Of a stretch of 56,502 nucleotides of DNA, positions 16,682 to 26,306 are shown piece after piece. Origin of the DNA: an uncultured Bacillota bacterium (GTDB lineage: Bacteria; Bacillota_I; Bacilli_A; RF39; UBA660). The stretch covers positions 1-56,502 of the forward strand of contig CAMNJS010000003.1 of assembly GCA_946541645.1 (NCBI GenBank), read 5' to 3'. The position numbers were made by a program, and so were the translations under genes. The notes under the pieces were generated by a model. It made no database searches. It was not told the DNA's origin and saw only the letters and a list, made by a program, of their open reading frames with translations. Positions within the stretch are counted from its first letter, which is position 1, and each line of letters opens with the position of its first letter.

Positions 16682-18520
16682 ATGTGTGGATTTTGTGGAT
16701 ACATAAACAAAAAAGATAAAGATGAAATAAAAAAAATGAATGACGCTATCATTCATAGAGGACCCGATGACGAATCATATTACAAAGACGAAAATATAGC
16801 TATGGGTTTTAGAAGACTTTCAATTATTGACCTAGAAGGCGGAAGGCAACCTATGACTAACGAAGATGACTCTATGATAATCACCTATAACGGAGAAATA
16901 TATAATTTTAAAGAATTAAAGGAAGACCTAATAAAAAAAGGGCATACTTTTAAAACCAATACTGACACTGAAGTAATATTACACGGTTATGAACAATACC
17001 AAGAAAAAATATTAGATAAATTAAGAGGCATGTTTGCCTTTGTAATTTGGGATAAAAAAAATGAAATACTATTTGGAGCCCGTGACCACTTCGGTCAAAA
17101 ACCTTTCTACTATGCAAACATGAAAGGAACATTTATGTACGCTTCAGAAATAAAAAGTCTTTTATATCATAGTGATTTTTCAAAAAAAGTAAATGAAAAA
17201 GCCTTAAAACCATACTTAACTTTTCAAACATCAGTACTGGATGAAACATTTTTTAAAGGCGTTTATAAATTAAGACCTGGTCACTATTTTAAATATGATC
17301 ATAAAATAAATAAAATGCAAATAGAAAAATACTATGATACTAATTTTAAACCAATGGTCCAAGACTTCGATAAATTAGTTGATCAAATAGATGAAACCAT
17401 TACAAAATCAATCGACTATCACATTATAAGCGATGTCCCAGTTGGAGCCTACCTTTCAGGTGGTATAGATTCATCATATGTTGTTAGTTATCTAAAACCA
17501 GACAAAACATTTTCAGTGGGTTTTGACTATAAAGACTTTAATGAAGTCCCAATGGCCAAAGATTTATCAGATATACTTGGAATACAAAATAAAAATGAAT
17601 TAATAAATGCTGATGACTTTTTTGAAAGTATTGATAAAGTCCAGTATTATGCCGATGAACCAACAGCTAACTTATCAGCCGTTCCTTTATACTTTTTATC
17701 AAAATTAGCCGCAAAAGATGTTAAAGTTGTTCTATCAGGTGAAGGTGCTGATGAACTATTTGGCGGATATACTTCATATGATGAAGATAAAACTTTAAAA
17801 AAATACCGCAAATTACCTTTCTTTATAAGAAAATTTATAAAAAACATTGTATCCCCTCTTCCAAGCTTTCACGGCAAAAATTTTTTAACAAAAGGCGGAT
17901 CAAAAATCGAAGACTATTATGTTGGAAATGCATTCATTTTTGATAATAAAGAAGCTAATAATATATTATCACCAACTTATCAAAATGATATAACATACCA
18001 AGATATAACAAAACCATACTTTGATAAAGTAAAAGGAAGAGACGACGTTACTAAAATGCAATATTTAGATATGTATTTTTGGCTTCCTAATGATATACTT
18101 TTAAAAGCTGATAAAATGAGCATGGCAAACTCTTTAGAGCTTAGGGTGCCAATATTAGATAAAGAAGTATTTAAACTAGCTAAAACAATTCCTACAGAAT
18201 ATAAAATATCACATAATACGACAAAATACGCTTTAAGAAAAGCCGCTTCAAGAAGAATTCCAGAAGCATGGTATAAAAGAAGAAAAAAAGGATTCCCTGT
18301 ACCAATTATAAAATGGTTTAGAGAAGAAAAATATTATAATATTGTAAAAGAAATATTTGAAGAAGATTTTACTAAAGAATTTTTTGATCAAAAAAAACTT
18401 TTAAAAATGTTAGATGAACACTACAAATCTAAAAAGAATAATTGTAGAAAATTATGGACAGTATTTGTATTTCTCATCTGGTATAAAAAATTCTTTATAG
18501 ATATTAAACCTGAAGCTTAA
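16682..18520 (+). CDS. asnB: Glutamine-hydrolysing asparagine synthetase family; probably D-Asp cross-bridge amidotransferase (AsnH-type)
   Basis: N-terminal MCG (Ntn Cys), HRGPD, RRLSIIDL, NGEIYN, LSGGIDSS, SGEGADELFGGY, KKGFPVP. Confidence 0.92.
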   Translation: MCGFCGYINKKDKDEIKKMNDAIIHRGPDDESYYKDENIAMGFRRLSIIDLEGGRQPMTNEDDSMIITYNGEIYNFKELKEDLIKKGHTFKTNTDTEVILHGYEQYQEKILDKLRGMFAFVIWDKKNEILFGARDHFGQKPFYYANMKGTFMYASEIKSLLYHSDFSKKVNEKALKPYLTFQTSVLDETFFKGVYKLRPGHYFKYDHKINKMQIEKYYDTNFKPMVQDFDKLVDQIDETITKSIDYHIISDVPVGAYLSGGIDSSYVVSYLKPDKTFSVGFDYKDFNEVPMAKDLSDILGIQNKNELINADDFFESIDKVQYYADEPTANLSAVPLYFLSKLAAKDVKVVLSGEGADELFGGYTSYDEDKTLKKYRKLPFFIRKFIKNIVSPLPSFHGKNFLTKGGSKIEDYYVGNAFIFDNKEANNILSPTYQNDITYQDITKPYFDKVKGRDDVTKMQYLDMYFWLPNDILLKADKMSMANSLELRVPILDKEVFKLAKTIPTEYKISHNTTKYALRKAASRRIPEAWYKRRKKGFPVPIIKWFREEKYYNIVKEIFEEDFTKEFFDQKKLLKMLDEHYKSKKNNCRKLWTVFVFLIWYKKFFIDIKPEA

Positions 18521-18535
18521 AAACTTCAGGTTTTT
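18506..18535. terminator. Bidirectional terminator between asnB and clpC
   Basis: AAACCTGAAG/CTTCAGGTTT inverted repeat between convergent genes. Confidence 0.75.
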
Positions 18536-18543
18536 ATTAAAAA

Positions 18544-20829
18544 TCATATAGACTGCATTAAGCCATTAATATAAATTTCTTCTTTTTCATCAATAATTCC
18601 ATCGATAATTTGAACTTCTATCTTATCTTTTATAATTTTATCAATCTTTCTTGCACCATATATTTTATAATTTGAAAGTTTTACAATATCATCAGCAATA
18701 TCTTTATCTATTCTTATCTTAATTTTACTATCATACTTATTTTTTAAATCATTAAATCTTAAATCGATTATTTTTTTAATATCTTTCTCACTAAGATAAT
18801 TAAACTCTGTAATATTATCGACCCTATTGATAAAAGGAATAGAAAAATTTTCATTTAATTTAGACGTCTCATCTATCTTATTATTAAAGCCCAAACTATT
18901 ACCCAAATAACCAACATTAGACGTCATCACTATAACAACATTATCAAACCTAATTTCATTACCCCTACTGTTTTTAATTTTACCGTAATCTAAAACCTGT
19001 AAAAACAAATTAATAACATTACTATGCGCTTTTTCTATCTCATCCAAAATTAAAACTGAATTAGGCTTATTTCTAATTTGATCTAAAATACCACCATCAT
19101 CATATCCTACATAACCAGGTGGTGATCCAATAAGTTTACTTATACTATGACCCTCTTTATATTCACTCATATCAAGTTTAATAACATTATTCCCCGCCAA
19201 GGCTTTACCAAATAAAACCGCAAGCTCTGTTTTACCAACACCTGATGGACCACAAAATAAAATAGAATAACACTTATCACTAAATCCTAATTTTATTTTT
19301 TTAGCAATATTAGTAACTTCTCTCACCGCTTTATCCTGACCGATAATACTTTCTTTAAATATTTTTTCAGTCTTTAAGATTATATTTTTTTTCTCATTTA
19401 AAACCTCATACACCGGAACTGCAGATTTTAAACTTACAACTTCTGCAACATCCTTTTTAGTAACCTTTTTCCTTCTTCGTTTATATAAATTAAGTTCTAA
19501 ATTGTTTATTGTATCCATAATCTCATATTCATAATTTTTTAACTTACTAGCTTCTTCAAAATTATTATTTAAGATTGCTTTTCTTTTATTAGTTATAATT
19601 TGTTTTAATTCCTTATTTTTATTTCTATACTTTTTCGCATCATCACTTTCCTTCAAACTGACCATAGCCGAAACTTCATCTAATATATCAATAGAACGGT
19701 CAGGTTCATTTCTATCATATATGTATTTTGAAGAAAGTTTTATAATTAGTTCAACTATATCAGATGTAATAATAACATTATGAAAGCTTTCATAAATTCC
19801 CTTTAAATTCATTAAAATATCTTTAACAGTCTGCTCTGAAGGCTCTTCTATTAAAATTTTTTGAAATCGCCTTTCTAAAGCACTATCTTTTTCAATATAC
19901 TTTTTATATTCTAAAATAGTAGTAGCTCCAATACACCTAATTTTACCTCTAGCCAAAGCCGGTTTAAATATATTAGAAGCATCTATTGCCCCCTCTGCCC
20001 CACCAGCGCCAACTAAAGTATGAACCTCATCAATAAATAAAATAATGTCATCATTTTCTTCAAGCTCTTTTAATATTTTATTCATCCGTTCCTCAAATTC
20101 GCCCCTATATTTAGTGCCAGAAACTGCTGAAGCCATATCTAAACTAATTATTCGCTTATTTTTAAGAGTCATAGGAACCTCTCCATTTACAATCATACTG
20201 GCTATTGACTCAACGATAGCCGTTTTACCAACACCAGCTTCCCCAATTAAAATAGGATTATTCTTTGTCCTTCTTGAAAGAATTTCTAAAACTCTCTTTA
20301 CTTCTTTTTCCCTGCCAGTTATTGGATCAATCTGCCCATTAATTGCCTTCTGATTAAGATCAGTTCCCAACTCTTCAATAAGTAATTTTTTACTACTTTT
20401 CTTACTAACTAATTTATAAGAAAAATCATTATATAGTTCATCAATATCTATATTCATCCCCATTAAAATTCTAATAGCGACGCCTTCGCCCTCCTCAAGC
20501 AAGCTTAAAAATAAATGATTTATAGTAACCACACCGTCATTATTATCCTTCGCATCAATAACCGCATTTTCTAATATTCGCTTTAAAAGAGGTGTATACA
20601 AAAACCATTGACTAGGTTTACTTCCCTTTCCAAGCACTTTAATAATCTCTTTTCTAAATACATGATAATCCAAATTATATTTTTTAAGTCTATCTGTAAT
20701 ATCATTATTACCTTTTAAAATAGAAAGTAATAAATGTTCTGATGAAACATAAGGATGACAAAGATCATACATTTCTTTTTTCGCATTTACTAAAACTTTT
20801 CTAGCTTCTTCCTCAAAATTGCCAAACAT
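18544..20829 (-). CDS. clpC: ATP-dependent Clp protease ATPase, ClpC-like
   Basis: Clp N-domain, two AAA+ modules (GEAGVGKT, GPSGVGKT), KYRGEFEER, GSPPGYVGY, LGF ClpP-binding loop. Confidence 0.9.
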   Translation of the reverse strand: MFGNFEEEARKVLVNAKKEMYDLCHPYVSSEHLLLSILKGNNDITDRLKKYNLDYHVFRKEIIKVLGKGSKPSQWFLYTPLLKRILENAVIDAKDNNDGVVTINHLFLSLLEEGEGVAIRILMGMNIDIDELYNDFSYKLVSKKSSKKLLIEELGTDLNQKAINGQIDPITGREKEVKRVLEILSRRTKNNPILIGEAGVGKTAIVESIASMIVNGEVPMTLKNKRIISLDMASAVSGTKYRGEFEERMNKILKELEENDDIILFIDEVHTLVGAGGAEGAIDASNIFKPALARGKIRCIGATTILEYKKYIEKDSALERRFQKILIEEPSEQTVKDILMNLKGIYESFHNVIITSDIVELIIKLSSKYIYDRNEPDRSIDILDEVSAMVSLKESDDAKKYRNKNKELKQIITNKRKAILNNNFEEASKLKNYEYEIMDTINNLELNLYKRRRKKVTKKDVAEVVSLKSAVPVYEVLNEKKNIILKTEKIFKESIIGQDKAVREVTNIAKKIKLGFSDKCYSILFCGPSGVGKTELAVLFGKALAGNNVIKLDMSEYKEGHSISKLIGSPPGYVGYDDGGILDQIRNKPNSVLILDEIEKAHSNVINLFLQVLDYGKIKNSRGNEIRFDNVVIVMTSNVGYLGNSLGFNNKIDETSKLNENFSIPFINRVDNITEFNYLSEKDIKKIIDLRFNDLKNKYDSKIKIRIDKDIADDIVKLSNYKIYGARKIDKIIKDKIEVQIIDGIIDEKEEIYINGLMQSI

Positions 20830-20848
20830 AATATTCTCCCTTCATTAC

Positions 20849-20877
20849 ATTCTATGAATATAATGTGACTGTTTGAA
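20849..20877 (-). promoter_or_regulatory. Possible sigE-type promoter of clpC
   Basis: -10 CATAGAAT with weak -35 TTCAAAC 14 nt upstream, before an AGGGAG RBS. Confidence 0.35.
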
Positions 20878-20936
20878 GAAAAATAATCAGGCAAATTAAG
20901 ACAAAAAAACTTTAGAAAAAATCTAAAGCTTTAATA

Positions 20937-22409
20937 CTATTTATACAATTTATAACATTCAACTACCTTTAAAAGCAAATCAAAATCAGAAATCTTCAAA
21001 TTATCAATGGTAAGAACATTGTCAAATCCTTTTAACCTAGCTTTATCAAGCTTATACTTAGAAAAACTATCAATACATGACTGAACATTAACAATATTTA
21101 CATTTTTAACCATCTGATTTTCAATAATCATTACTTTTTTACTCAAAAATTTCTTATTAAAACTCATTGGACGCATTAAATCAGGTTTAATATCAATTAA
21201 ATATGATTTGTTTAAATCTAATTTGACATTACTAACTCCACTTTTATTTTTAGCATTCCCGCTAGATTTAACATATCTTATTTTACTAAAATCAATATTA
21301 GAAGGTTTAAACTTTCTAGTTTTTATAGCCTCATTTAAATAACTAAAAACCTTATTTGAAATAGGTACTTTCTTGTATAACTTTTTATTATCATTTAAAA
21401 CAAGTTTAATATTTTGGGCCTTATTATAATCTAAATTAACTAATTTATAATTTTTAAACTTAACATTCTCATTTAAATAACTAAAATTCGCACTATTTAA
21501 AAATACTTTACTAAATAATTTTTCTTTTTCTAATTTATGATCTAAGTTAATATTCTTAAGCTTATCAGAATCCAAGTTAACAAGCCTATACTTTTTAGAC
21601 TTAGTTATTTCATTTAAATAACTATACAAATTATCTTTAAGAGTAATAATATTATATAACTTTGGCTTACTAACAATATTTAAACTAATAGACTCAAGTT
21701 TATTAATATCAAATTTAAATGGTTTCAATTTAGGCTTATATTCACTTTTGCCTTGAGTAACATTTATAAAACCTACTTTTTCATTATTAAGCTTAAAAGA
21801 TTTAAATAATTTAGTTTTATTTGGTTCTTCATCTTTAGAAAAATTATCACGTCTATTATCAAGTTTTTCAGCTATTCTATTAATGACACTAATTATAAAA
21901 ATAGAAATCATTTGTAAAACAAAAGTGCCAACAAGAAGCTGCATTAAACTAAGAACATCACTATTTGTATACAAAGCATTACTTTTATATACATTTATTT
22001 TATTAACCCTAATTGTTATTAAAATAAGTACAAACAACATTTGAATAATTCCAAAAGACATATAATTTATAATTTTATTTATTTTATACATTCTAGAACT
22101 AAAAATTGTTATTAAAGCAAAAGCAGAAGCAAGTAAAACAATTCCAAATAGAGTTATAAAATTTGGAAAATATAAAACCATAAAAAATCCATCCATCAAA
22201 TTATCAAATAACTTAAAAATCACATCACCAAATACAATTAAAATAGAAAAAATAATTAAAAAATAAACTATTATAAACACTTTTCTCCCGTGCTTTTTCT
22301 GTAAAAAATAAATAACCAAAGGCACAAAAAATAGTAACGTAAAAAGAGGATGAGCTAAAATATTATCAAACAAAATTTTAATCTTATCCAAAAAAGATAA
22401 TTCTTGCAT
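20937..22409 (-). CDS. Hypothetical membrane protein with Lys/Asn-rich C-terminal repeats
   Basis: About 5 TM segments in the N-terminal 180 aa; about four 47-aa repeats containing SYLNE. Confidence 0.7.
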   Translation of the reverse strand: MQELSFLDKIKILFDNILAHPLFTLLFFVPLVIYFLQKKHGRKVFIIVYFLIIFSILIVFGDVIFKLFDNLMDGFFMVLYFPNFITLFGIVLLASAFALITIFSSRMYKINKIINYMSFGIIQMLFVLILITIRVNKINVYKSNALYTNSDVLSLMQLLVGTFVLQMISIFIISVINRIAEKLDNRRDNFSKDEEPNKTKLFKSFKLNNEKVGFINVTQGKSEYKPKLKPFKFDINKLESISLNIVSKPKLYNIITLKDNLYSYLNEITKSKKYRLVNLDSDKLKNINLDHKLEKEKLFSKVFLNSANFSYLNENVKFKNYKLVNLDYNKAQNIKLVLNDNKKLYKKVPISNKVFSYLNEAIKTRKFKPSNIDFSKIRYVKSSGNAKNKSGVSNVKLDLNKSYLIDIKPDLMRPMSFNKKFLSKKVMIIENQMVKNVNIVNVQSCIDSFSKYKLDKARLKGFDNVLTIDNLKISDFDLLLKVVECYKLYK

Positions 22410-22463
22410 AATCACACCTCTTTTCGCCTTAGTATTTTATCATATTACAAAATATAGTCAAAT

Positions 22464-24104
22464 TTATCTACGAATAAATTTCCTAAACTTTATTATTATT
22501 TTATTAACAAAATCCTTTCCAACAATCTCCGTAATAGTATTAGATTTATATGCCATAAATAAGTAAATTATAATCCCAACTATCCCATACAAAATAATAT
22601 ATAAAATAGAAATAAATCTACTTTCAGAAAAACTAGGCACAAGTAAATTAAGCGTAGATAAACCTAAAACCATAATTACTGTACATAATATAACTTTAAT
22701 AAATGTTCTAAAAGCCTTCTCAAAGCTTATACCAGTCTTCTTCTTAACTTCATTCATCAAATACACTGATTCAAAGACATCAATTATAATATTTAAAGTG
22801 ATTGTCGCAAAATAAGCTTCAAAACCCAATTTACTAAATAAAACCATTATTGGTACATTAAAAGCAATTTTTAAAATAAGTGAGCCTAAAAGTGCTGTAA
22901 CAGTTGCTTTTGTATTTGTCATAGCTTGATTTGTATTTACTAAAACAGAACATATCGCAAGTGGTATTTGTGAAAATATAAGTAAACTGAATATAGAACT
23001 ATTAAGTTCATTATAGCCATAAAAAACAGTCCAAACAGCTTTTGACATAAAACTCATACCAACAGCCAAAGGAACAATTACTAGACATAATATTTGTAAT
23101 GCCTGATTAATTTTACCATTAACTTCTTTTATATTTTTAACCGCATAACTAGAAGCAATCGTCGGAATTAAACTCGTAATAATTCCTGTAGAAACCGCCA
23201 TCACTATCATATTGAGCTTAGATCCCCATGTAGATATTACACTAATAACATTTTCCGCAATTTTAGTAGTATAACCTAAATTAACCAGACTCTTTACAAC
23301 TGTAAATACATCAACATTTACAAATAATGTTTCTAAAAGTGAAATAACAACAAAAGGCATTGCATAGAAAATGACCTTGTGAACTAATTTTTTATTCGTT
23401 ATTTTAGATTCTTCCGGAAGCCTTTTTGCCTCTCTATTTAAATTTCTAGCTTTTTTAATCTTATCATGTACATAAAAGTAAGCTGCTAAAGCTCCAACAG
23501 TAGCTGCAAATACAGCAACCCCAACAGCTGTATTTAAAGGCAAATGGAAAACCTTTAAACTTAAAAAACTGCCAACTAAAATAACTAAAACTCTAACTAC
23601 CTGCTCTAAAACATCAGCAATTGAAGAAACCTGCATTATTTTATGACCCTGCAAATAACCTTTAGAAACACTTAAATGAGGAACAACGAGAACAGCCGTT
23701 GAAATAACCCTAATAACCATAGTTACGTCTTCTATAGTATTTCCTCCCTTAACATCGCCTATAATCAAATAAGCAATTTGCGGAGCAAAAATAAATAAAA
23801 CTAAAAAAGAAATAATACAAAGAACAGAAATTATTTTAAGACCTATCTTAAACGTTCTTTCTTTAGTATTATAATAACCCATTTCATTAAATTCGCTAAC
23901 AACTTTACTCATAGCTACAGGAATGCCAGAAGTTGCCAAATTTAAAAATATGTTATAAATCGCATAGGCATAACTATACAAAGCTCCGCCCTGCGTTCCT
24001 ATTATTGCATAAAACGGAATAACATAAACAAGTCCAATAACCTTACACAAAACAATACCAATAGTTGATATTGCTGCCCCAGCTAAAAACCCAGTTTTTT
24101 TCAT
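22464..24104 (-). CDS. MOP-family flippase (MurJ/YtgP/SpoVB-like)
   Basis: KVIGLVYVIPF, ATSGIPVAMSK, KGYLQG, EQVVRV; about 14 TM segments. Confidence 0.85.
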   Translation of the reverse strand: MKKTGFLAGAAISTIGIVLCKVIGLVYVIPFYAIIGTQGGALYSYAYAIYNIFLNLATSGIPVAMSKVVSEFNEMGYYNTKERTFKIGLKIISVLCIISFLVLFIFAPQIAYLIIGDVKGGNTIEDVTMVIRVISTAVLVVPHLSVSKGYLQGHKIMQVSSIADVLEQVVRVLVILVGSFLSLKVFHLPLNTAVGVAVFAATVGALAAYFYVHDKIKKARNLNREAKRLPEESKITNKKLVHKVIFYAMPFVVISLLETLFVNVDVFTVVKSLVNLGYTTKIAENVISVISTWGSKLNMIVMAVSTGIITSLIPTIASSYAVKNIKEVNGKINQALQILCLVIVPLAVGMSFMSKAVWTVFYGYNELNSSIFSLLIFSQIPLAICSVLVNTNQAMTNTKATVTALLGSLILKIAFNVPIMVLFSKLGFEAYFATITLNIIIDVFESVYLMNEVKKKTGISFEKAFRTFIKVILCTVIMVLGLSTLNLLVPSFSESRFISILYIILYGIVGIIIYLFMAYKSNTITEIVGKDFVNKIIIKFRKFIRR

Positions 24105-24112
24105 CTAACCAC

Positions 24113-24283
24113 CTACTTATATAAAATTAATGCCGAAAAAAGATAAATCTGCTCATCAGAAAAAATCCCAATAGAAGATGAAAATTTAATATCAAATATT
24201 TCAGGCTCGGCCTCTTCTATAAAATTATTGATAGCTTCCTCTAAATCTTTTTCGTGTCCCTCATCAAAAACTTTCACTTTCAT
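24113..24283 (-). CDS. cse60: Sporulation protein Cse60 (DUF2758)
   Basis: MKVKVFDEGHEKDLEEAINNFI...DIKFS...FSALILY; GGTGA RBS. Confidence 0.8.
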   Translation of the reverse strand: MKVKVFDEGHEKDLEEAINNFIEEAEPEIFDIKFSSSIGIFSDEQIYLFSALILYK

Positions 24284-24358
24284 TATATCACCAATCAAAA
24301 TATAACAAAAATTATACCATAAAAATGTCAAATAAAGAGGAAACAATTCCTCTTTAAA

Positions 24359-25597
24359 TTATCTTATAAATCTGACCCCTTTAGAAGGAATTTGTGGCAT
24401 GATCGTTCTTGGATTTATTCTACCTTGATTTGCTGTATATGAAGTAGCCCCACTCCAAGTATTTCCATCAAATAAATTAAGATGTAAATGTCTTGCTCCA
24501 GCACAGGCATCATTATCCCCGCCAACTTGTCCTAAAACAGTATTAGGTGTAACATTCTGCCACTGACTAACCGAAACAGAAGCCATATGCCAATAAGAAG
24601 TAACATAAGGATGATTATTTATTCTATGAAGAACATATACAATATAACTACCGCAGTTCTTACCATTGACTTTATATGTGCCCCAAGGCTGAATAAGAAC
24701 TACTTGTCCTAAAGCAACTGGATAAATTGGCCCAGTACAACCTCTACAGTATGAAAAATCAATTCCTTTATGATAACTATTATCATAACTTCTCCATCCA
24801 AAATCACTTGTTACATAGCCGTGGGCAATAGGCATATATGTCCCATTCGCACTAGCTATTTGTATTCCCTTAACAGACCCTACGCTGCTCGAATTAGCAA
24901 CACTCCTACTAAGCCTATTCATACACTGACTCATCGTTTCAGAAAGTTTACATCTGTTCATACTATTAATCATATCGATAGTAGCCTTATATTCACTTTC
25001 CTTATCAACCATTGTCTTATTTAAATCAACAATTTCTGAAGAAAGTTTAGCCTGAAGTAAACTAAGTTCATCCTTCTTCTTATTAAGTTCCTCATCTTTT
25101 TTATTAAGTTCATTTTTCTTTGCTTCAAGCTTCTTTATATCATTACCATATTCCTCAATTAACTTTTCATTATAGTCACCAAGCTGTTCAGCCACTGAAA
25201 CCCTATAAATAAAATCCGTAAAATCAGTAGCCCCGAAAATATACTCTAAATAATTAGCCTCACCATTAGTAACCTGAACATAGCTCATTATATCTTTCAT
25301 CTGTGCATCTTTTCGCTCAATCTCTTCCTGAAGTTTTTCAACCTGTGAAGCTATATCTTTTAATTCATTATTAATTCTTTCAATTTCCTTCTTAACCGCT
25401 GCCATATCATTAATAGCCTTTTCTCTTTCTTCGGCCTTTAATGCTTTCTCAGCCTTCGCCTCATTATATGCTTTTCTATTTGCTTCAGCCTCAGCCTTTA
25501 ATTCACCTAGCGTCTTTTCTTTAGCATAAATAGGCGTCGCAAAAATACTAAATAACATTAAAGAAATAATACTAATTACAATAAACTTCTTTTTCAT
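24359..25597 (-). CDS. Secreted coiled-coil M23 peptidoglycan endopeptidase (CwlO/EnvC-like architecture)
   Basis: Signal peptide, PcsB-like coiled coil (YLEYIFGATDFTDFIYR), HKGID and HLH zinc motifs. Confidence 0.85.
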   Translation of the reverse strand: MKKKFIVISIISLMLFSIFATPIYAKEKTLGELKAEAEANRKAYNEAKAEKALKAEEREKAINDMAAVKKEIERINNELKDIASQVEKLQEEIERKDAQMKDIMSYVQVTNGEANYLEYIFGATDFTDFIYRVSVAEQLGDYNEKLIEEYGNDIKKLEAKKNELNKKDEELNKKKDELSLLQAKLSSEIVDLNKTMVDKESEYKATIDMINSMNRCKLSETMSQCMNRLSRSVANSSSVGSVKGIQIASANGTYMPIAHGYVTSDFGWRSYDNSYHKGIDFSYCRGCTGPIYPVALGQVVLIQPWGTYKVNGKNCGSYIVYVLHRINNHPYVTSYWHMASVSVSQWQNVTPNTVLGQVGGDNDACAGARHLHLNLFDGNTWSGATSYTANQGRINPRTIMPQIPSKGVRFIR

Positions 25598-25606
25598 CTA
25601 ACCACC

Positions 25607-26245
25607 TTAACCTTTTAAAACTTTTACAGCTGCCTTATAAGAAGGCATATACTTTGACACTGTTTTCCAAAATTCTCTAGAATGATCAAAATGAACAAAA
25701 TGACTAAGCTCATGAATAATAACATAATCAATTTCCCTTAAACTATATTTAATCAAATTAGAATTTAAAGTTACTGAATTATCTCTTTTATTACAAACTC
25801 CCCATCTAGTTTTCATTTTTCTTATCTTAAGCTTAGGAAAAGGAATTACCTCCTCAAATAAATCATAATTATATTTAAGTCTTTCCGTAAAAATATTAAG
25901 CATTTGCGATTTTAACCACATTTCCACCTTTTTATAATCACTGGCATAAATCTTATTATCATCAATCCTCATATTTTCTAACGGTACTAACATTATATCA
26001 TACTTTTGCCCTAAATAATAGAATCCACTATTTATTTCTGACTGTCTCTTTACTTTATTTAACGATTTTCTTAAAAAATCTTTCTCGTTATCTAAAATAT
26101 CTTTAATATAAAAACGAGTTGCCAAATAATTTGTCGTCACATATATTGTCAAATCATCTTTTATTTTAATATAAGTGTTTTTATTCTTTTTTTTAACAAC
26201 AATTACTGTATAAATTTCACCATCTAATTTATATTTAAATGTCAT
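25607..26245 (-). CDS. YgjP/DUF45 (M48-like) zinc metallohydrolase
   Basis: MKTRWGVC, IDYVIIHELSH, HSREFW. Confidence 0.88.
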   Translation of the reverse strand: MTFKYKLDGEIYTVIVVKKKNKNTYIKIKDDLTIYVTTNYLATRFYIKDILDNEKDFLRKSLNKVKRQSEINSGFYYLGQKYDIMLVPLENMRIDDNKIYASDYKKVEMWLKSQMLNIFTERLKYNYDLFEEVIPFPKLKIRKMKTRWGVCNKRDNSVTLNSNLIKYSLREIDYVIIHELSHFVHFDHSREFWKTVSKYMPSYKAAVKVLKG

Positions 26246-26306
26246 TATATCACCACAATAATTTTATCACAATTTAAAAAATAAAAAAAGAAACACTTTA
26301 GCGTTT

